A program made the position numbers and the translations under genes. The notes beneath the pieces were generated by a model. The model was not told where the DNA came from. It searched no databases and saw nothing but the letters and a program-made list of their open reading frames with translations. DNA of 64,000 nt from Burkholderiales bacterium (GTDB lineage: Bacteria; Pseudomonadota; Gammaproteobacteria; Burkholderiales; SG8-39): positions 23,033 to 87,032 of the forward strand of contig JBFJOO010000005.1 of assembly GCA_041617635.1 (NCBI GenBank), read 5' to 3'. This document shows positions 20,377 through 30,113 of this stretch, in pieces (the first letter of the stretch is position 1; each line of letters begins with the position of its first letter).

Positions 20377-21390
20377 TCAGGGGATGGGCCTGAGCTTCAG
20401 CTCCTCGGGCTGCGCTTTGACGAAGCCGTATTCCGCGTACGCATCCTGGGCCGCGGGGGTCGCGAGAAATGCCAGGTAGCGCTCGGCGGCGGCCTTTTTC
20501 GGGCTGCCGGTGAGCGCGCCGATCGCGTACGAAACCTCGTCGCGCAAGCTGTCCTCCGGGGGGAGTTTGACGCTGTCCACCTTGGCGCCGTCGCGCTTGG
20601 CCTCCTGCGTCTCGGTCACCCAGACGATCCCCGTGTCCGATTGGCCCGCGAGGATGCGCTCGGGCGTCTCGCGGTGATGCACGGCGGTGAACCAGTTGTT
20701 GGGGGTCGTCTGGCAGGAACTGCACTCCTTGCCGCCGGAGACGAGATCCCAGAGCCCGTGACGCTCCAGGACCTTCTTGCCGTAGAAGCGCATGATCCCT
20801 TCGCTGATCGGGTTCGGCATCGAGGTACGGATGTCCGGCCGCGCGATGTCCTTGATCCCCTTGATGCCCTTGGGATTGCCCGCGGCGACCATGAGCTCCA
20901 TCTCGTTGTGGAGATAGATCGCATACGTGTCCATCATGCCCTTGGCCTTGAGCCGCTTGAGATGGCCTAGGTTCACCGATGCATAGACGTCCGGCTGTCC
21001 GGGGTAGTCCTGGCCACCGTACGACATACCCCCCTTCTCGATCCCGCTCAGGAGCAACCCCGGCGGCAACGTGATCAGCCCCACAACCGTCCCCGGAGAG
21101 GTCTTCTGAAACGCCTTCACCACGTCGTCCATCGCGAAGAACTGGTTGCCGGCGAGCCACAGGATCAGCCCGGCTTCCTTTTGCATGCGGCCGAGCGCGT
21201 CCGCGCCCTTCACGATCCGCCCGTCCGCCGAGTAGAGCTTGATGTCGTTGTCCTTGTTGGGCGGGATCTGCGCGTACTTCCCGTCTGCGGCTTTCCCGGC
21301 GCCGCCGCCCTGCTGGGCGTGAACCGCGCCACCGGCCACGACCGACGCCGCGAGCGCGGCGCAAGTGAGCCAATGTCCGATGTGTCTCAT
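20377..21390 (-). CDS. ModA-like periplasmic substrate-binding protein
   Basis: Signal peptide from ATG 21390 (SD GGAGG), AGNQFF, GNPKGIKGIKD, AAQDAYAEYGF. Confidence 0.75.
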   Translation of the reverse strand: MRHIGHWLTCAALAASVVAGGAVHAQQGGGAGKAADGKYAQIPPNKDNDIKLYSADGRIVKGADALGRMQKEAGLILWLAGNQFFAMDDVVKAFQKTSPGTVVGLITLPPGLLLSGIEKGGMSYGGQDYPGQPDVYASVNLGHLKRLKAKGMMDTYAIYLHNEMELMVAAGNPKGIKGIKDIARPDIRTSMPNPISEGIMRFYGKKVLERHGLWDLVSGGKECSSCQTTPNNWFTAVHHRETPERILAGQSDTGIVWVTETQEAKRDGAKVDSVKLPPEDSLRDEVSYAIGALTGSPKKAAAERYLAFLATPAAQDAYAEYGFVKAQPEELKLRPIP

Positions 21391-21482
21391 GGTGTCCTCC
21401 TCCATAGCGTGAACCTGTCGGTCCGTATCGTTCTTACTGCGCGCCGGGGCTTGGCGCCCCGGCTCCGGCTGCGCAAGGAGCG

Positions 21483-21932
21483 TTATGGACGCACCACCGA
21501 CCAGCCGGCTTTCTGCTTCTCCACGACCTCGATGACTCCAGCGGGCACATACGAAATCTTCGGGTTCATGTCGTCCTTGTGGAGCTTGCGTCCGCGCATG
21601 GTGTTCTCGCATGCGTAGACATGGGCGCCGGAGGCGACCGTATCCTCGATGCGGTTCGCGAGGGTCGAGTCGGCTTTCAGAATCCCGATGCCATGGCCGA
21701 ACGCGACGAGTTCGACCACGACCTTGTCCTTGCCGTACGCCTGCTGAATGTTGCGAATTACGTTCAGCGCCTGGTTCCAGGTCTTCGGATCGTCGTCGCT
21801 CACCTGGATGACGATGCCTTCCTTGCCTGCCGGGGGCGCGACCCTTCCGGTCTCGGCCAGTACACCTGAAGTCGTTCCGAAGATCGCCAGAACTGCGATC
21901 AGCATGGTTTGAATCAGAGTCCTGCGCTGCAT
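21483..21932 (-). CDS. Exported DsrE-family protein
   Basis: SD AAGGAG, signal peptide, IQVSDDDPKTWNQALN, ACENTM, VPAGVIEVVEKQKAGW. Confidence 0.88.
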   Translation of the reverse strand: MQRRTLIQTMLIAVLAIFGTTSGVLAETGRVAPPAGKEGIVIQVSDDDPKTWNQALNVIRNIQQAYGKDKVVVELVAFGHGIGILKADSTLANRIEDTVASGAHVYACENTMRGRKLHKDDMNPKISYVPAGVIEVVEKQKAGWSVVRP

Positions 21933-22204
21933 GCTCGCTTCTCCTTCGCTCGTGGCAAGAACGACAATGCACCGTTCACCCAGCCGGCGACCGCGTTCGG
22001 ATGCCTTTACGTGACGGGCCCGGCAATTTACTCCTGACCCGCGATATTGGGCAGAAAAAGGGGCGAATGTGGGCATAAGCCAATTCAGGGCCGGCATCGT
22101 TTGAAAGCGAAGACGTAAGGGCACTTCGAGCGCTTCAAGGTTGCGCACTAGGATTTGCTGCGATGCGATAATGGTTCCTTCGGCTCCCCCAAGGATCGAC
22201 CGGC

Positions 22205-22846
22205 ATGGGCGACGCGACACAGGCTTTCACTTGGATCGCAGCGGGTTTCGCCTTCGTCGGCGTGCTGCTGCTCTTCGCGGCTTTCGGCGCCATGCGCCGT
22301 CGGCGCCCGTTAGGGTTCACCGTGCGCGGGCTCGCCGCGCTCGCGCTGCTTGCGTGCGCGGCGCTCGCCGCGACGCTGGGCATCTCGACGCTCGGCTACG
22401 AAGCGCTCACCCGCGAGACGGTCGCCGTTCGCCTGGCCGTGCAGCCCGTGGGTCCGCAGGAGTTCTCGGCGCGATTCAGGTTTCCCGACGGGCGCGCGGC
22501 CGACTACACCTTGCGGGGGGATCAGATCTACGTCGACGCGCACGTGCTCAAGTGGAAGCCGATCGCGAACCTCATCGGGCTGCACACCGCCTACGAGCTC
22601 GACCGGGTCGCAGGCCGCTACGCGGCGATCGACAAGGAGCGCGACGGGCCGCGCACGGTGCATTCGCTCGGCACGGAGAAACCGCTCGATTTGTTCGACC
22701 TGCGCAACCGGTACAGCCTGCTCCGGCCGCTGCTCGACGTCGAGTACGGGTCGGCGACGTTCGCGCCGGCAGATCAGCCCATGGAGTACGAAGTGCGCGT
22801 CTCCACCACTGGCCTCCTCATCCGCCCGCTCGCGCCGGGCGGATAG
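22205..22846 (+). CDS. Hypothetical membrane protein (two N-terminal TM helices)
   Basis: GC3-type codon bias, hydrophobic N-terminus, no recognised family. Confidence 0.7.
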   Translation: MGDATQAFTWIAAGFAFVGVLLLFAAFGAMRRRRPLGFTVRGLAALALLACAALAATLGISTLGYEALTRETVAVRLAVQPVGPQEFSARFRFPDGRAADYTLRGDQIYVDAHVLKWKPIANLIGLHTAYELDRVAGRYAAIDKERDGPRTVHSLGTEKPLDLFDLRNRYSLLRPLLDVEYGSATFAPADQPMEYEVRVSTTGLLIRPLAPGG

Positions 22847-22878
22847 CAACGTACCGGAATCTCCCGGCACGCGCAGTT

Positions 22879-22945
22879 GGGGATATACAAGGAGCTTGCC
22901 CCTTGTTCGTTCCGGGGGGATATACAAGGGGCTTCCCCCTTGTTC
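22879..22945. repeat. Two tandem REP-like palindromes
   Basis: 30-bp units at 22879-22908 and 22916-22945 (28/30 identical), each an ACAAGG...CCTTGT hairpin. Confidence 0.8.
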
Positions 22946-23015
22946 ATGCAACCGGGGTTTACCTAGCCCGCTGAATTCTCGCCTCGAAGGCTCCGCGGCA
23001 CCTCAGTCAGAGTGC

Positions 23016-23546
23016 TCAGCAGGAAGGATAGCGCGGGGCGCCGGCATCGGTGAGCGCCGCGCCGTGCACGATGCGCTGCGCGTTGGCCCAGTAGAGCGCC
23101 GCCTCGCACATCGCACAGGGCCGCGACGTCGCGAAGATCACGCACCCTGACAGGTCGCGCGTTCCCAGCCGGCGGGCCGCGTCGCGCACCGCCTGCATCT
23201 CGGCGTGCGCGGTCGGGTCGCGATCGACGACGACCCGGCTCGGCCCCCAGCCGACGATGCGGCCGTCCTTGACCATCACGGCCCCATATGGCTGGTCGCC
23301 GGCGCGCACCGCTTCTTCGCGCGCCGCGAAAGCGTGGCGCATGAAGGCCTCCGGACCCGGGCGCTCCGGCTGCACGATCTCGGCGGGAGTTGCCGCAGCC
23401 GCCAGGCGCGGCGCAAACAGCAGGGACAGCGCGCCCGCGAGGGCCACGCGACGATCTCGAAATTCGACTGACGACGGGCCCCGTGCGAGGCGCTCCGCCG
23501 CGGCGGGCGTTACAGCAGACCGGATAGACCGGGTGTCACCCACCAC
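23016..23546 (-). CDS. Nucleoside deaminase (cytidine/guanine deaminase fold)
   Basis: PYGAV, DPTAHAE, RPCAMC Zn motifs. Start uncertain (GTG 23546 or 23543, or ATG 23342). Confidence 0.8.
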   Translation of the reverse strand: MVGDTRSIRSAVTPAAAERLARGPSSVEFRDRRVALAGALSLLFAPRLAAAATPAEIVQPERPGPEAFMRHAFAAREEAVRAGDQPYGAVMVKDGRIVGWGPSRVVVDRDPTAHAEMQAVRDAARRLGTRDLSGCVIFATSRPCAMCEAALYWANAQRIVHGAALTDAGAPRYPSC

Positions 23547-23971
23547 GACTGCCGCACGAAGAACTTGAGCGGCTGCGAGCCGATGATCTCGTTGCCATCG
23601 GTATCGACGACGCTCGCCTGGATCGTGTGCGCGCCGTTCTCGATGCCCGCGAGCGAGAACTCCAGCCCGGTCTCGGTGATCGGCAGGCGCTGCCCGTTCA
23701 ACGCGAAAGTGAGCGCATGGCCATTGGCGAGCGCGGCCGGCGCAAGCTTGACCTGGAACCACACCACGCCCCGATCCGCCTCGACCGATTCGCCGCCGGG
23801 GATCGTGGCGATTCCTATGCCCCGATAGGCTAGCGCAGGGATCTCCGCCGCCGAGTCGGGTGTCGAGCAGGACGCGAATTGCTCGAGCGCCTTGTCATAG
23901 GCGTCGTCCGCCAGCACCGCGCTGGCGAAGGCGAATACGAGGCCCGCAAGGGCAAAGCGTAAGGCGTGCAT
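23510..23971 (-). CDS. Secreted hypothetical protein, probable Ig-like beta domain
   Basis: Signal peptide MHALRFALAGLVFAFASAVLA, GAHTIQASVVDTDG. Confidence 0.65.
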   Translation of the reverse strand: MHALRFALAGLVFAFASAVLADDAYDKALEQFASCSTPDSAAEIPALAYRGIGIATIPGGESVEADRGVVWFQVKLAPAALANGHALTFALNGQRLPITETGLEFSLAGIENGAHTIQASVVDTDGNEIIGSQPLKFFVRQSWWVTPGLSGLL

Positions 23972-24137
23972 GAGTTGGGTTGCGACCGAAGGGACGGGAA
24001 CCGTATCACGTGAGTTCGCGCCGCGGCAACGCAACAAATGTGACGCATGTCCAGGCGGCTGCCGAAATTTTTTCGGCCGCGGTCCGATTTCTCAGAGAAT
24101 CAGAGCTTTGCCGCGCAAACTTAAAGCGTGTACTGCG

Positions 24138-27100
24138 TCACGCGTAGACGAACTCGACGTTCTCGGGCTTCAGCCAGTCCGACAGGGATTCGACCAGGCC
24201 ATCATCGGGCGTGACGCACCAGTCCTCTCCGAGCCGGACCTCGCAAGTGGCGGTGCCGTTGACGTAGCGCACCGCGACCGGGCACGTCCCGTTGCGATAC
24301 GGCTCGAGCATCTGCCGCAACCGCGCAGCGCTCGCTTCGCCGTTCATCGACAGGCGCAGCTGGCGCGCGAACCGCTCGCGCGCCGCACGCATGTCCATGA
24401 GCTTGTCGGCCACCACGCGCAGGCCGCCGGTGAACTCGTCCTTCGCGACCTTGCCCTGGATCACGAGCGGCCGGTCCTCCTTCAGGATGTCCCGGTGCGC
24501 CTCGAAGAGCTCGTTGTAGACGCTGACCTCGATCTGCGCAGCGCCATCGTCCAGCATCACGATCGCCATCTTGCCCCGCCGGGTCATCTGGGTGCGGGTG
24601 CTGGCCACCATGCCCGCCAGCAAGACGGGATCGTTGCGCGGCTGGAGCGCGTCGAGCGTGGTGCCGATGAAATGCCCGAGTTCCGCGCGAAACCGGCGGA
24701 ACGGGTGCCCCGAAAGGTAGAAGCCGAGCGCCGCCTTCTCCTCGATCAGGCGCTGGCGTTCGTCCCATGGCTGGGCCGGCACGAGATCCGGACGGAGGAG
24801 CGCGGCCGCGTCGGCGTCACCGAACAGGCTGACCTGCGATGCGGCCCGCTCACGCTGGTCGGCGGCCTCGAGCGCGATGCCGACCGATGCGAGCAGGCGC
24901 GCCCGGTCGGTGTCGATCGAATCGAACGCACCGGCGCGGACCAGCGCCTCGACGACGCGGCGATTGACGACCCGCTTATCGATCCGTTCGCAGAACTCAA
25001 AGAGATCGCGGAACGGACCGCCCGCATGACCCTCGGTTCCGTCGCGCACCGCGACAATGGCGCCGATCGCCGACGCGCCCGTGCCCTTGACGGCGCCGAG
25101 CCCGTAGCGAATCGTTCGCCCGTCGACCGGAACGAATCGATAGTCAGAGGTGTTGATATCCGGCGGCAGGACCGTGAGCCCGTTGGCGACCGCGTCCTGG
25201 TAGAACTGCTGCACCTTGTCGGTGTCGTCCATCACGGCGGAAAGGTTCGCCGCCATGAAGGCGGCCGGGTGGCGGGCTTTCATGTACGCCGTCTGGTACG
25301 CGACCAGCGCGTAGGCGGCGGCGTGCGACTTGTTGAAGCCGTATCCGGCAAACTTTTCCATCAGGTCAAAGAGCAAGGTCGCCCGGGCCGGCGTGATGCC
25401 GTTCTGTTTCGCCCCCTCGATGAACGTCGAACGATGGGTCGCCATCTCCTCGGGGAGCTTCTTGCCCATCGCCCGGCGCAAGAGGTCGGCGCTGCCGAGC
25501 GAGTAGCCGCCGATGACCTGCGCGATCTGCATCACCTGCTCCTGGTAGACCATGACGCCGTACGTGGGGCCGAGGATCGGTTCGAGCCGCGGATCCAGAT
25601 ACTCGACCCGCTGCCGGCCGTGCTTGCGCTCGATGAAATCGGGAATGAGGTCCATCGGACCCGGGCGATAGAGCGCGACGAGCGCGATCAGATCCTCGAA
25701 CCGGTCGGGCCGCGCCCGCTTGACGAGGTCGCGCATCCCGCGCGATTCAAACTGGAAGATTGCGGTCGTGTTCGCGGTCGTGAAGATCCGGTACGCCTCC
25801 GGATCGTTGATCGGCAGCGCCTCGAGCGTGAGCGTCGCATCCGGGTCGAGCCGCTTCACGTAGCGCAGCGTCCAATCGAGGATGGTGAGCGTCGTGAGCC
25901 CGAGAAAATCGAACTTCACCAGGCCGACCGCCTCGACGCCCTTCATGTCGAGCTGCGAGACCACCGATTCGGACCCTTGCGCGGCGTAGAGTGGGCAGAA
26001 GTCGGTGAGCTTGCCCGGCGCGATGAGCACGCCGCCGGCGTGCATGCCGACGTTGCGAGTGAGCCCTTCCAGCTGCCCGGCCAGCGCGAGCAGCTCGCGC
26101 GTGTCCTCCTCCTGTTCCTCGCGATCGGCGAGGCGCGGCTCCATCTCGCGGGCCATCGCCAGGGTGATGAGCTTGCCTGGCTGGAACGGGATGAGCTTGG
26201 CGAGCTCGTCCGTGCGGCCGTAGCTCCACTCCATCACGCGCCCGACGTCGCGCACCACCGCCTTCGCCGCCATCGTGCCGAACGTAGCGATCTGCGACAC
26301 GCAGTCGGCGCCGTATTTCTTGCGCACGTAGTCGATCACGCGATCCCGGCCGTCCTGGCAGAAGTCGATGTCGAAGTCCGGCATCGATACGCGCTCCGGA
26401 TTGAGAAAGCGCTCGAACAGCAGGTCGTATTTGAGCGGGTCGAGGTCGGTGATGCCGAGCGAGTACGCGACGAGCGATCCGGCGCCGGAGCCGCGCCCGG
26501 GCCCCACCGGCACGCCGCTCCCCTTCGCCCAGTTGATGAAATCGGCGACGATGAGAAAGTAGCCGGCGAATCCCATCTGGATGATCGTCTTCGCCTCGAA
26601 GTCGAGGCGCTCGGCATAGCGCGGGCGCTGCTGCTCGCGATCCGACGCATCCGGATACAGCCTTTCCAGGCGCTGCGCCAGTCCGGCGCGCGCGGACTCC
26701 ACGAGGTAGTCCTCGAGGCTGACGCCTTCCGGCGTCGGAAAGCGCGGCAACCGGTTCGTGCCGAGCTCCAGCTCGAGGCTGCAACGCTGCGCGATCTCGA
26801 CCGCGTTCTCGAGCGCCTCCGGAAGGTCCGCGAAAAGCGCGCGCATTTCCGCCTGAGTCTTGAAGTAGCTCTCCTCGGTGAACTGCCTCGGCCGACGCCG
26901 ATCCGCCAGCACATAGCCCTCTGCGATGCACACGCGCGCCTCGTGCGCCTTGAACTCGTCGCGCCGGACGAATTGCACCGGATGCGTCGCCACGGCCGGC
27001 AGGCCGAGCTTGGCGGCGAGCCGAACCGCCCGCTCGATGTAGGCCTCGGTCTCCCTGTGGCCGGCCCGCTGCAGCTCGAGGTAGTAGGCCCCCGGGAAGA

Positions 27101-27584
27101 TCTTCGCCCACTCGCGCGCGACTTTCTCGGCCTGGGCCAGGTTGCCCTGCACCAGCAGGCCGCCGACGTCACCAGCCAGCGCGCCGGACAGCGCCACGAG
27201 ACCGCGTGCGCCGCCGTCAGCCAGCCAGGCGCGCTTGATCTCCGCCCGGCCCCGGTACTGGTTGGCGAGCCATGCGCGCGTGAGCAGGCGGCAGAGCGAG
27301 CCGTAGCCTTCGCGCGAGCGCGCGAGCAGCAGCAGGCGCACGGGCTTTTCCCGGTCGGAATCGTTCTCGATCCAGGCGTCGCAGCCGATGATCGGCTTCA
27401 CTCCCGCCGCGCGCGCCGCCTTGTAGAACCTCACCATCCCGAACAGATTGGCGAGATCGGTGATGGCGAGCGCGCCCATGCCGTCCGCCGCAGCCCGGGC
27501 CACGGCATCCTCGATTCGCACGATGCCGTCCGCGATCGAGAACTCGGTGTGAACGCGCAGGTGAACGAAGGCGGGAGTGGACAT
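24138..27584 (-). CDS. dnaE: DNA polymerase III alpha subunit
   Basis: FVHLRVHTEFS PHP domain, GPGRGSGAGS, SMPDFDIDF, YGFNKSH. Confidence 0.98.
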   Translation of the reverse strand: MSTPAFVHLRVHTEFSIADGIVRIEDAVARAAADGMGALAITDLANLFGMVRFYKAARAAGVKPIIGCDAWIENDSDREKPVRLLLLARSREGYGSLCRLLTRAWLANQYRGRAEIKRAWLADGGARGLVALSGALAGDVGGLLVQGNLAQAEKVAREWAKIFPGAYYLELQRAGHRETEAYIERAVRLAAKLGLPAVATHPVQFVRRDEFKAHEARVCIAEGYVLADRRRPRQFTEESYFKTQAEMRALFADLPEALENAVEIAQRCSLELELGTNRLPRFPTPEGVSLEDYLVESARAGLAQRLERLYPDASDREQQRPRYAERLDFEAKTIIQMGFAGYFLIVADFINWAKGSGVPVGPGRGSGAGSLVAYSLGITDLDPLKYDLLFERFLNPERVSMPDFDIDFCQDGRDRVIDYVRKKYGADCVSQIATFGTMAAKAVVRDVGRVMEWSYGRTDELAKLIPFQPGKLITLAMAREMEPRLADREEQEEDTRELLALAGQLEGLTRNVGMHAGGVLIAPGKLTDFCPLYAAQGSESVVSQLDMKGVEAVGLVKFDFLGLTTLTILDWTLRYVKRLDPDATLTLEALPINDPEAYRIFTTANTTAIFQFESRGMRDLVKRARPDRFEDLIALVALYRPGPMDLIPDFIERKHGRQRVEYLDPRLEPILGPTYGVMVYQEQVMQIAQVIGGYSLGSADLLRRAMGKKLPEEMATHRSTFIEGAKQNGITPARATLLFDLMEKFAGYGFNKSHAAAYALVAYQTAYMKARHPAAFMAANLSAVMDDTDKVQQFYQDAVANGLTVLPPDINTSDYRFVPVDGRTIRYGLGAVKGTGASAIGAIVAVRDGTEGHAGGPFRDLFEFCERIDKRVVNRRVVEALVRAGAFDSIDTDRARLLASVGIALEAADQRERAASQVSLFGDADAAALLRPDLVPAQPWDERQRLIEEKAALGFYLSGHPFRRFRAELGHFIGTTLDALQPRNDPVLLAGMVASTRTQMTRRGKMAIVMLDDGAAQIEVSVYNELFEAHRDILKEDRPLVIQGKVAKDEFTGGLRVVADKLMDMRAARERFARQLRLSMNGEASAARLRQMLEPYRNGTCPVAVRYVNGTATCEVRLGEDWCVTPDDGLVESLSDWLKPENVEFVYA

Positions 27585-27843
27585 CGGGCGGGGCGTCGGA
27601 ACGGCGAAAGTTTACCACTGCGACGCCGCCCTTCCGCGCTCCGCTGCGCGTCGCAGCGGCCTTGCGGATCAACGCGTTACGCCGCGCGCTCGATCCCGCG
27701 CGGTTCCGCGGTCGCCGCAGCCAGGATAGAATGTCGTCATATCGGCCATCCGGGGCGGACAAAGCGCTAGAAGGGCTGGATCGGATCGCAACACGGATCG
27801 GTGGAATTGCCGGTGCACGCGGGGCGGGGCTCGCGCGTTGTTC

Positions 27844-27899
27844 GGGCAGCGTTGTTTAGGCAGCCTTGTGGGGGCAGCCTTGTGTGGGCAGCCTTGTGT
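27844..27899. repeat. 14-bp tandem repeat x4
   Basis: GGGCAGCGTTGTTT / AGGCAGCCTTGTGG / GGGCAGCCTTGTGT / GGGCAGCCTTGTGT. Confidence 0.9.
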
Positions 27900-27920
27900 G
27901 CGCAGAGGAGTGACAAGCTC

Positions 27921-28340
27921 ATGAGCGAGCGGACGATCTCGATGATGCTGTCGAAGCGGATGTTGTCGAATTGCGCGAGAGCGGTCCCCCTCGCCCTATC
28001 CGCCCTTCTGGTCGGGCTGGCGCTCTGCGCCACGGGCGCGCGCGCGGAAGGCGCCCGGCCTTTCCTGGTCGCGCAGTCGGCGATCAAACCGGAGCGCGCC
28101 AAGGAAATCGCGGCAGCCGACACGGAGATCCGCGTCGCGCGCGGTGAGCTCGACGAGGCGCGGCGGCGCTTCGAGGCCGGCCGCAAGCCGAGCACCACGG
28201 ACCGCGTGAACCAGCTGGAGGGCGGCGGCGCGAACACGGACGCCTACTACCTGCGCGTCGAGCAGCTGAAAGCCAATGTCACGAAGGCCCAGGAGCGCCT
28301 GGATCGCGCGATCAACGCCCGCAAGGCGATCGGCGAATGA
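27921..28340 (+). CDS. Secreted helical protein, partial paralogue of next gene
   Basis: SD GAGGAG, signal peptide, C-terminal half similar to 28374-28838. Confidence 0.7.
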   Translation: MSERTISMMLSKRMLSNCARAVPLALSALLVGLALCATGARAEGARPFLVAQSAIKPERAKEIAAADTEIRVARGELDEARRRFEAGRKPSTTDRVNQLEGGGANTDAYYLRVEQLKANVTKAQERLDRAINARKAIGE

Positions 28341-28373
28341 CGATTCGCGGGTGAGAAGCAGGAGTCTCGGGAC

Positions 28374-28838
28374 ATGATCCGCAAGTACGCCACCGCGCTC
28401 ATCCTGGTCGCATTCGGAGTGCTGGCCGGTCAGGCGTTCGCGCAGAAGATGCAGAAATACGTGACTCCGGATGGCAAGACGGTCTACTCCGACCGCCCGA
28501 TTCCCGGCGCGCGGCTCGTCGACGAGATCGCGCCCCCGCCTCCGGTCGATCCGGCAGCCGCCGCCGCTGCGCAGGCGCGCGCGCGCGCGAACGCCGAGAA
28601 AGCGAACGCCGCCGGAGCCAGGCGGGCGGAAAGCAGCCAGGGGGCCCAGCAGGGCGACGATGCGGCTGCCGCGCTCGCTCGAGCGAAGGAGCAGCTCGAG
28701 AAGGGCAAGGAGCCGCTGCCCGGCGAGCGAACCGGCACAGCAAGCGGCGGCTCGCGCCTGAACGATGCCTACTGGGAGCGCCAGCGTGCCAACGAGCAGG
28801 CCGTCAAGAATGCCGAGGCGCGGCTGAAAACGCAGTAG
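28374..28838 (+). CDS. DUF4124-domain secreted protein
   Basis: Signal peptide then KYVTPDGKTVYSDRP. Confidence 0.8.
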   Translation: MIRKYATALILVAFGVLAGQAFAQKMQKYVTPDGKTVYSDRPIPGARLVDEIAPPPPVDPAAAAAAQARARANAEKANAAGARRAESSQGAQQGDDAAAALARAKEQLEKGKEPLPGERTGTASGGSRLNDAYWERQRANEQAVKNAEARLKTQ

Positions 28839-28888
28839 CGCTCGCGCAGCACCGCAAACGCGCGGCGCGCAACAGCAAACCCCCGGGC

Positions 28889-29929
28889 TCAGGTGACCAG
28901 CGTCGCGGGAGTGCCCGCCCCGTGCGCTTCGATCCGCCCGATGCGATACGCCGTTTCGCCGGCCGCTTCGAGCGCGGCAATCGCACGCTCGACGTCCGCT
29001 TGCCCGACGACGACGACCATCCCGATCCCGCAGTTGAACACGCGGTGCATCTCGCCCTCGGCCACGCCACCCTCCTCCTGGAGCCAGTCGAAGAGCGGGG
29101 GTCGCGGCCAGGCGCCTTTCTCGATTATCGCGCGCACGCCCGCGGGCAGGACCCGCGGAACATTCTCGACGATCCCCCCGCCCGTGATGTGCGCGCAGCC
29201 TTTCACCGGCACCGCGCGCATCAGCGCAAGCAAGGGCTTCACGTAGATGCGCGTCGGCTCGAGCAAGACGTCGGCGAAGGGCCGGCCGTGGAAATCCGCG
29301 GCGAAGTCCGGCGCCGATCGCGCGAGGATCTTGCGCACCAGGGAGTACCCGTTGGAATGTGCGCCGCTCGACGCCAGCCCGAGCACCGCGTCGCCCGCCG
29401 CGATCGAGCGTCCGTCGATCAAGCGGGATTTTTCCGCGACGCCTACGGCGAATCCAGCGAGGTCGTACTCGCCGTCCGGGTACATGCCTGGCATCTCGGC
29501 GGTTTCCCCGCCGATCAGCGCGCAGCCGGCGAGCTCGCACCCACGGGCGATGCCCTTGATGACTTCGGTCGCCACCGCGACGTCGAGCTTCCCGCACGCG
29601 AAGTAGTCGAGGAAGAACAGCGGCTCGGCGCCCTGGACGAGAATGTCGTTGACGCTCATCGCGACCAGATCGATGCCGACGGTGTCGTTCCGGCCGAGCG
29701 CAAACGCGAGCTTGAGCTTGGTGCCGACGCCGTCGGTGCCCGAAACCAGGACCGGCTCACGGTATCGGCTCGAGAGCTCGAACAGCGCGCCGAATCCGCC
29801 GATGCCCGCGAGCACTTCCGGGCGCATCGTGCGCCGGGCAAAGGGCTTGATCGCCTCGACCAGCGCGTCGCCCGCGTCGATGTCGACACCGGCGTCGCGG
29901 TACGAGATGGGGTCGCGCGGGGCTGTCAA
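28889..29929 (-). CDS. purM: Phosphoribosylformylglycinamidine cyclo-ligase
   Basis: [35 protein letters not shown]. Confidence 0.97.
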   Translation of the reverse strand: MTAPRDPISYRDAGVDIDAGDALVEAIKPFARRTMRPEVLAGIGGFGALFELSSRYREPVLVSGTDGVGTKLKLAFALGRNDTVGIDLVAMSVNDILVQGAEPLFFLDYFACGKLDVAVATEVIKGIARGCELAGCALIGGETAEMPGMYPDGEYDLAGFAVGVAEKSRLIDGRSIAAGDAVLGLASSGAHSNGYSLVRKILARSAPDFAADFHGRPFADVLLEPTRIYVKPLLALMRAVPVKGCAHITGGGIVENVPRVLPAGVRAIIEKGAWPRPPLFDWLQEEGGVAEGEMHRVFNCGIGMVVVVGQADVERAIAALEAAGETAYRIGRIEAHGAGTPATLVT

Positions 29930-30113
29930 GGTGATGCGCGGAATGTGGAAGCCGGCGGCAGCGGATGAAATGCGGAATCGATGCGGATTCGGCGCGGAGC
30001 GGTTGTAGCGGGGCGGCGCTTGCCGCTACAGTTACACGTTTGCGTCGGATTCTACCGGAAATGCTCTCGCAGCCCCGCAACCGGCCCGTCGGCACGCACG
30101 GCGCGAAGCCGGC

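Noticed and set aside
22879-22945. Mini CRISPR array
   Set aside because: Only two units with a 7-bp gap, and no cas genes.
23970-27770. 1266-aa plus-strand ORF, and many similar long overlapping ORFs across the window
   Set aside because: Antisense or alternate-frame shadows of real genes (here dnaE), expected at high GC. They are Arg/Ala/Pro-rich with no recognisable motifs.
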